A DNA stretch of 63,847 bases, counting the filler, from Octopus bimaculoides (Eukaryota), in assembly GCF_001194135.2 (NCBI RefSeq). It is 10 parts of 9 records of this genome, joined end to end, with 100 filler letters (N's around TTAATTAATTAA, not from the genome) between each part and the next. Parts side by side here need not be neighbours in the genome. Positions count along the whole stretch, not along the records: positions 62,357 to 63,847 come from NC_068987.1; 9 more parts are not named here. The stretch is one strand, 5' to 3'. Below the pieces are notes generated by a model. It had not been told where the DNA came from. It searched no databases and saw nothing but the letters and a program-made list of their open reading frames with translations. Shown here in pieces: positions 63,126 through 63,847 of the stretch; within the stretch, counting starts at the first letter, position 1, and each line of letters opens with the position of its first letter. Position numbers and translations under genes: made by a program.

Positions 63126-63639
63126 GATAGATGACTTGATAAAGATATAAATATGTTTGTGAGTTCATGTTTATAATAATGTTCTTATGTTAATGTTCTG
63201 ATGGTTGTATCCAGTATTAGCTGCAAGATCTTGATTATGCCAAAGTAACAGCATTCATCCTCAGTAATTTTTGGAAGTAACAATTGTTGCAAGTGGCCCC
63301 AACATTCGTCATTGGGTCCTTCATAATGTTCTGTACAATCACACACCTATTTCTCTATAATAACTGGGCACATCACTGCTGACTGTTCCTCTATATCAAC
63401 TGAGTACATCACTATTGACTGTTCCTCTACTCTTATTTTTGTTATAGATCTTCTACATGGTTACTCAACCTACTAGAAATAATAGCCAAATTTACTTGAA
63501 ATTAAATTTTGCTGCCTTGAATGAAAAAAAAAAGATTTGTTTAAGATAATATAATCCTATATTATGACTGTAATAAAAAAAATAATAAGAGTATAGTCTT
63601 ATCTGGAATACATTTGATCATTTTTTTTTTTTTACGCCC

Positions 63640-63847
63640 TTTCAAAGCCTAGTCAGGCTCATGGGCCCGGTTTCTATGGCATATGTGTTCCCCCCAGCTG
63701 GACGGGATGCCAGTCCATCGCAGCGTTACTCAAGAAACAGGAAGAAAGAGTGAGAGAAAGTTGGGGCGAAAGAGTACAACAGGGGTCGCCACCACCCCCT
63801 GCCGGAGCCTCGTGGAGCTTAGGTGTTTTCGCTCAATAAACACTCAC
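63640..63847. mobile_element. SINE-like repeat containing a Meta-domain-like segment
   Basis: CCCCCAGCTGGACGGGATGCCAGTCCATCGCAG resembles the recalled MetaSINE central domain; runs off the window end. Confidence 0.5.

Overview
AT-rich, microsatellite- and transposon-dense animal DNA. The SINE and LINE families and the gene content point to an octopus draft genome (inferred, not verified). The window is not one continuous locus. Nine artificial 100-bp spacers (44 N + TTAATTAATTAA + 44 N) split it into ten pieces whose adjacency is uncertain. Nearly all ORFs in the supplied track are microsatellite or N-gap artefacts. Reading splice sites by hand gave three real gene fragments, none of them in the ORF track: (1) two internal exons of aladin/AAAS (minus, 9694-12134); (2) the last two coding exons of a DPP4-family S9B peptidase (plus, 15028-17951), with the catalytic Asp and His motifs intact; (3) the last two coding exons of a Spaetzle/neurotrophin-like cystine-knot protein (minus, 29051-30228), which is the most interesting coding signal. 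The rest is transposon material: RTE, R4/Dong-like, CR1/Jockey-group and Tx1/L1 LINEs, several Penelope-like elements, a Gypsy element with a G-GGA-AAC -1 frameshift site, a solo LTR with a target-site duplication, Tc1/mariner and piggyBac-type elements, and many tRNA-derived SINEs. Penelope-associated repeats carry minimal type I hammerhead ribozyme motifs: one intact CCGANGA variant, one canonical CUGAUGA motif and two decayed copies. No CRISPR array, rRNA or true tRNA gene was found.
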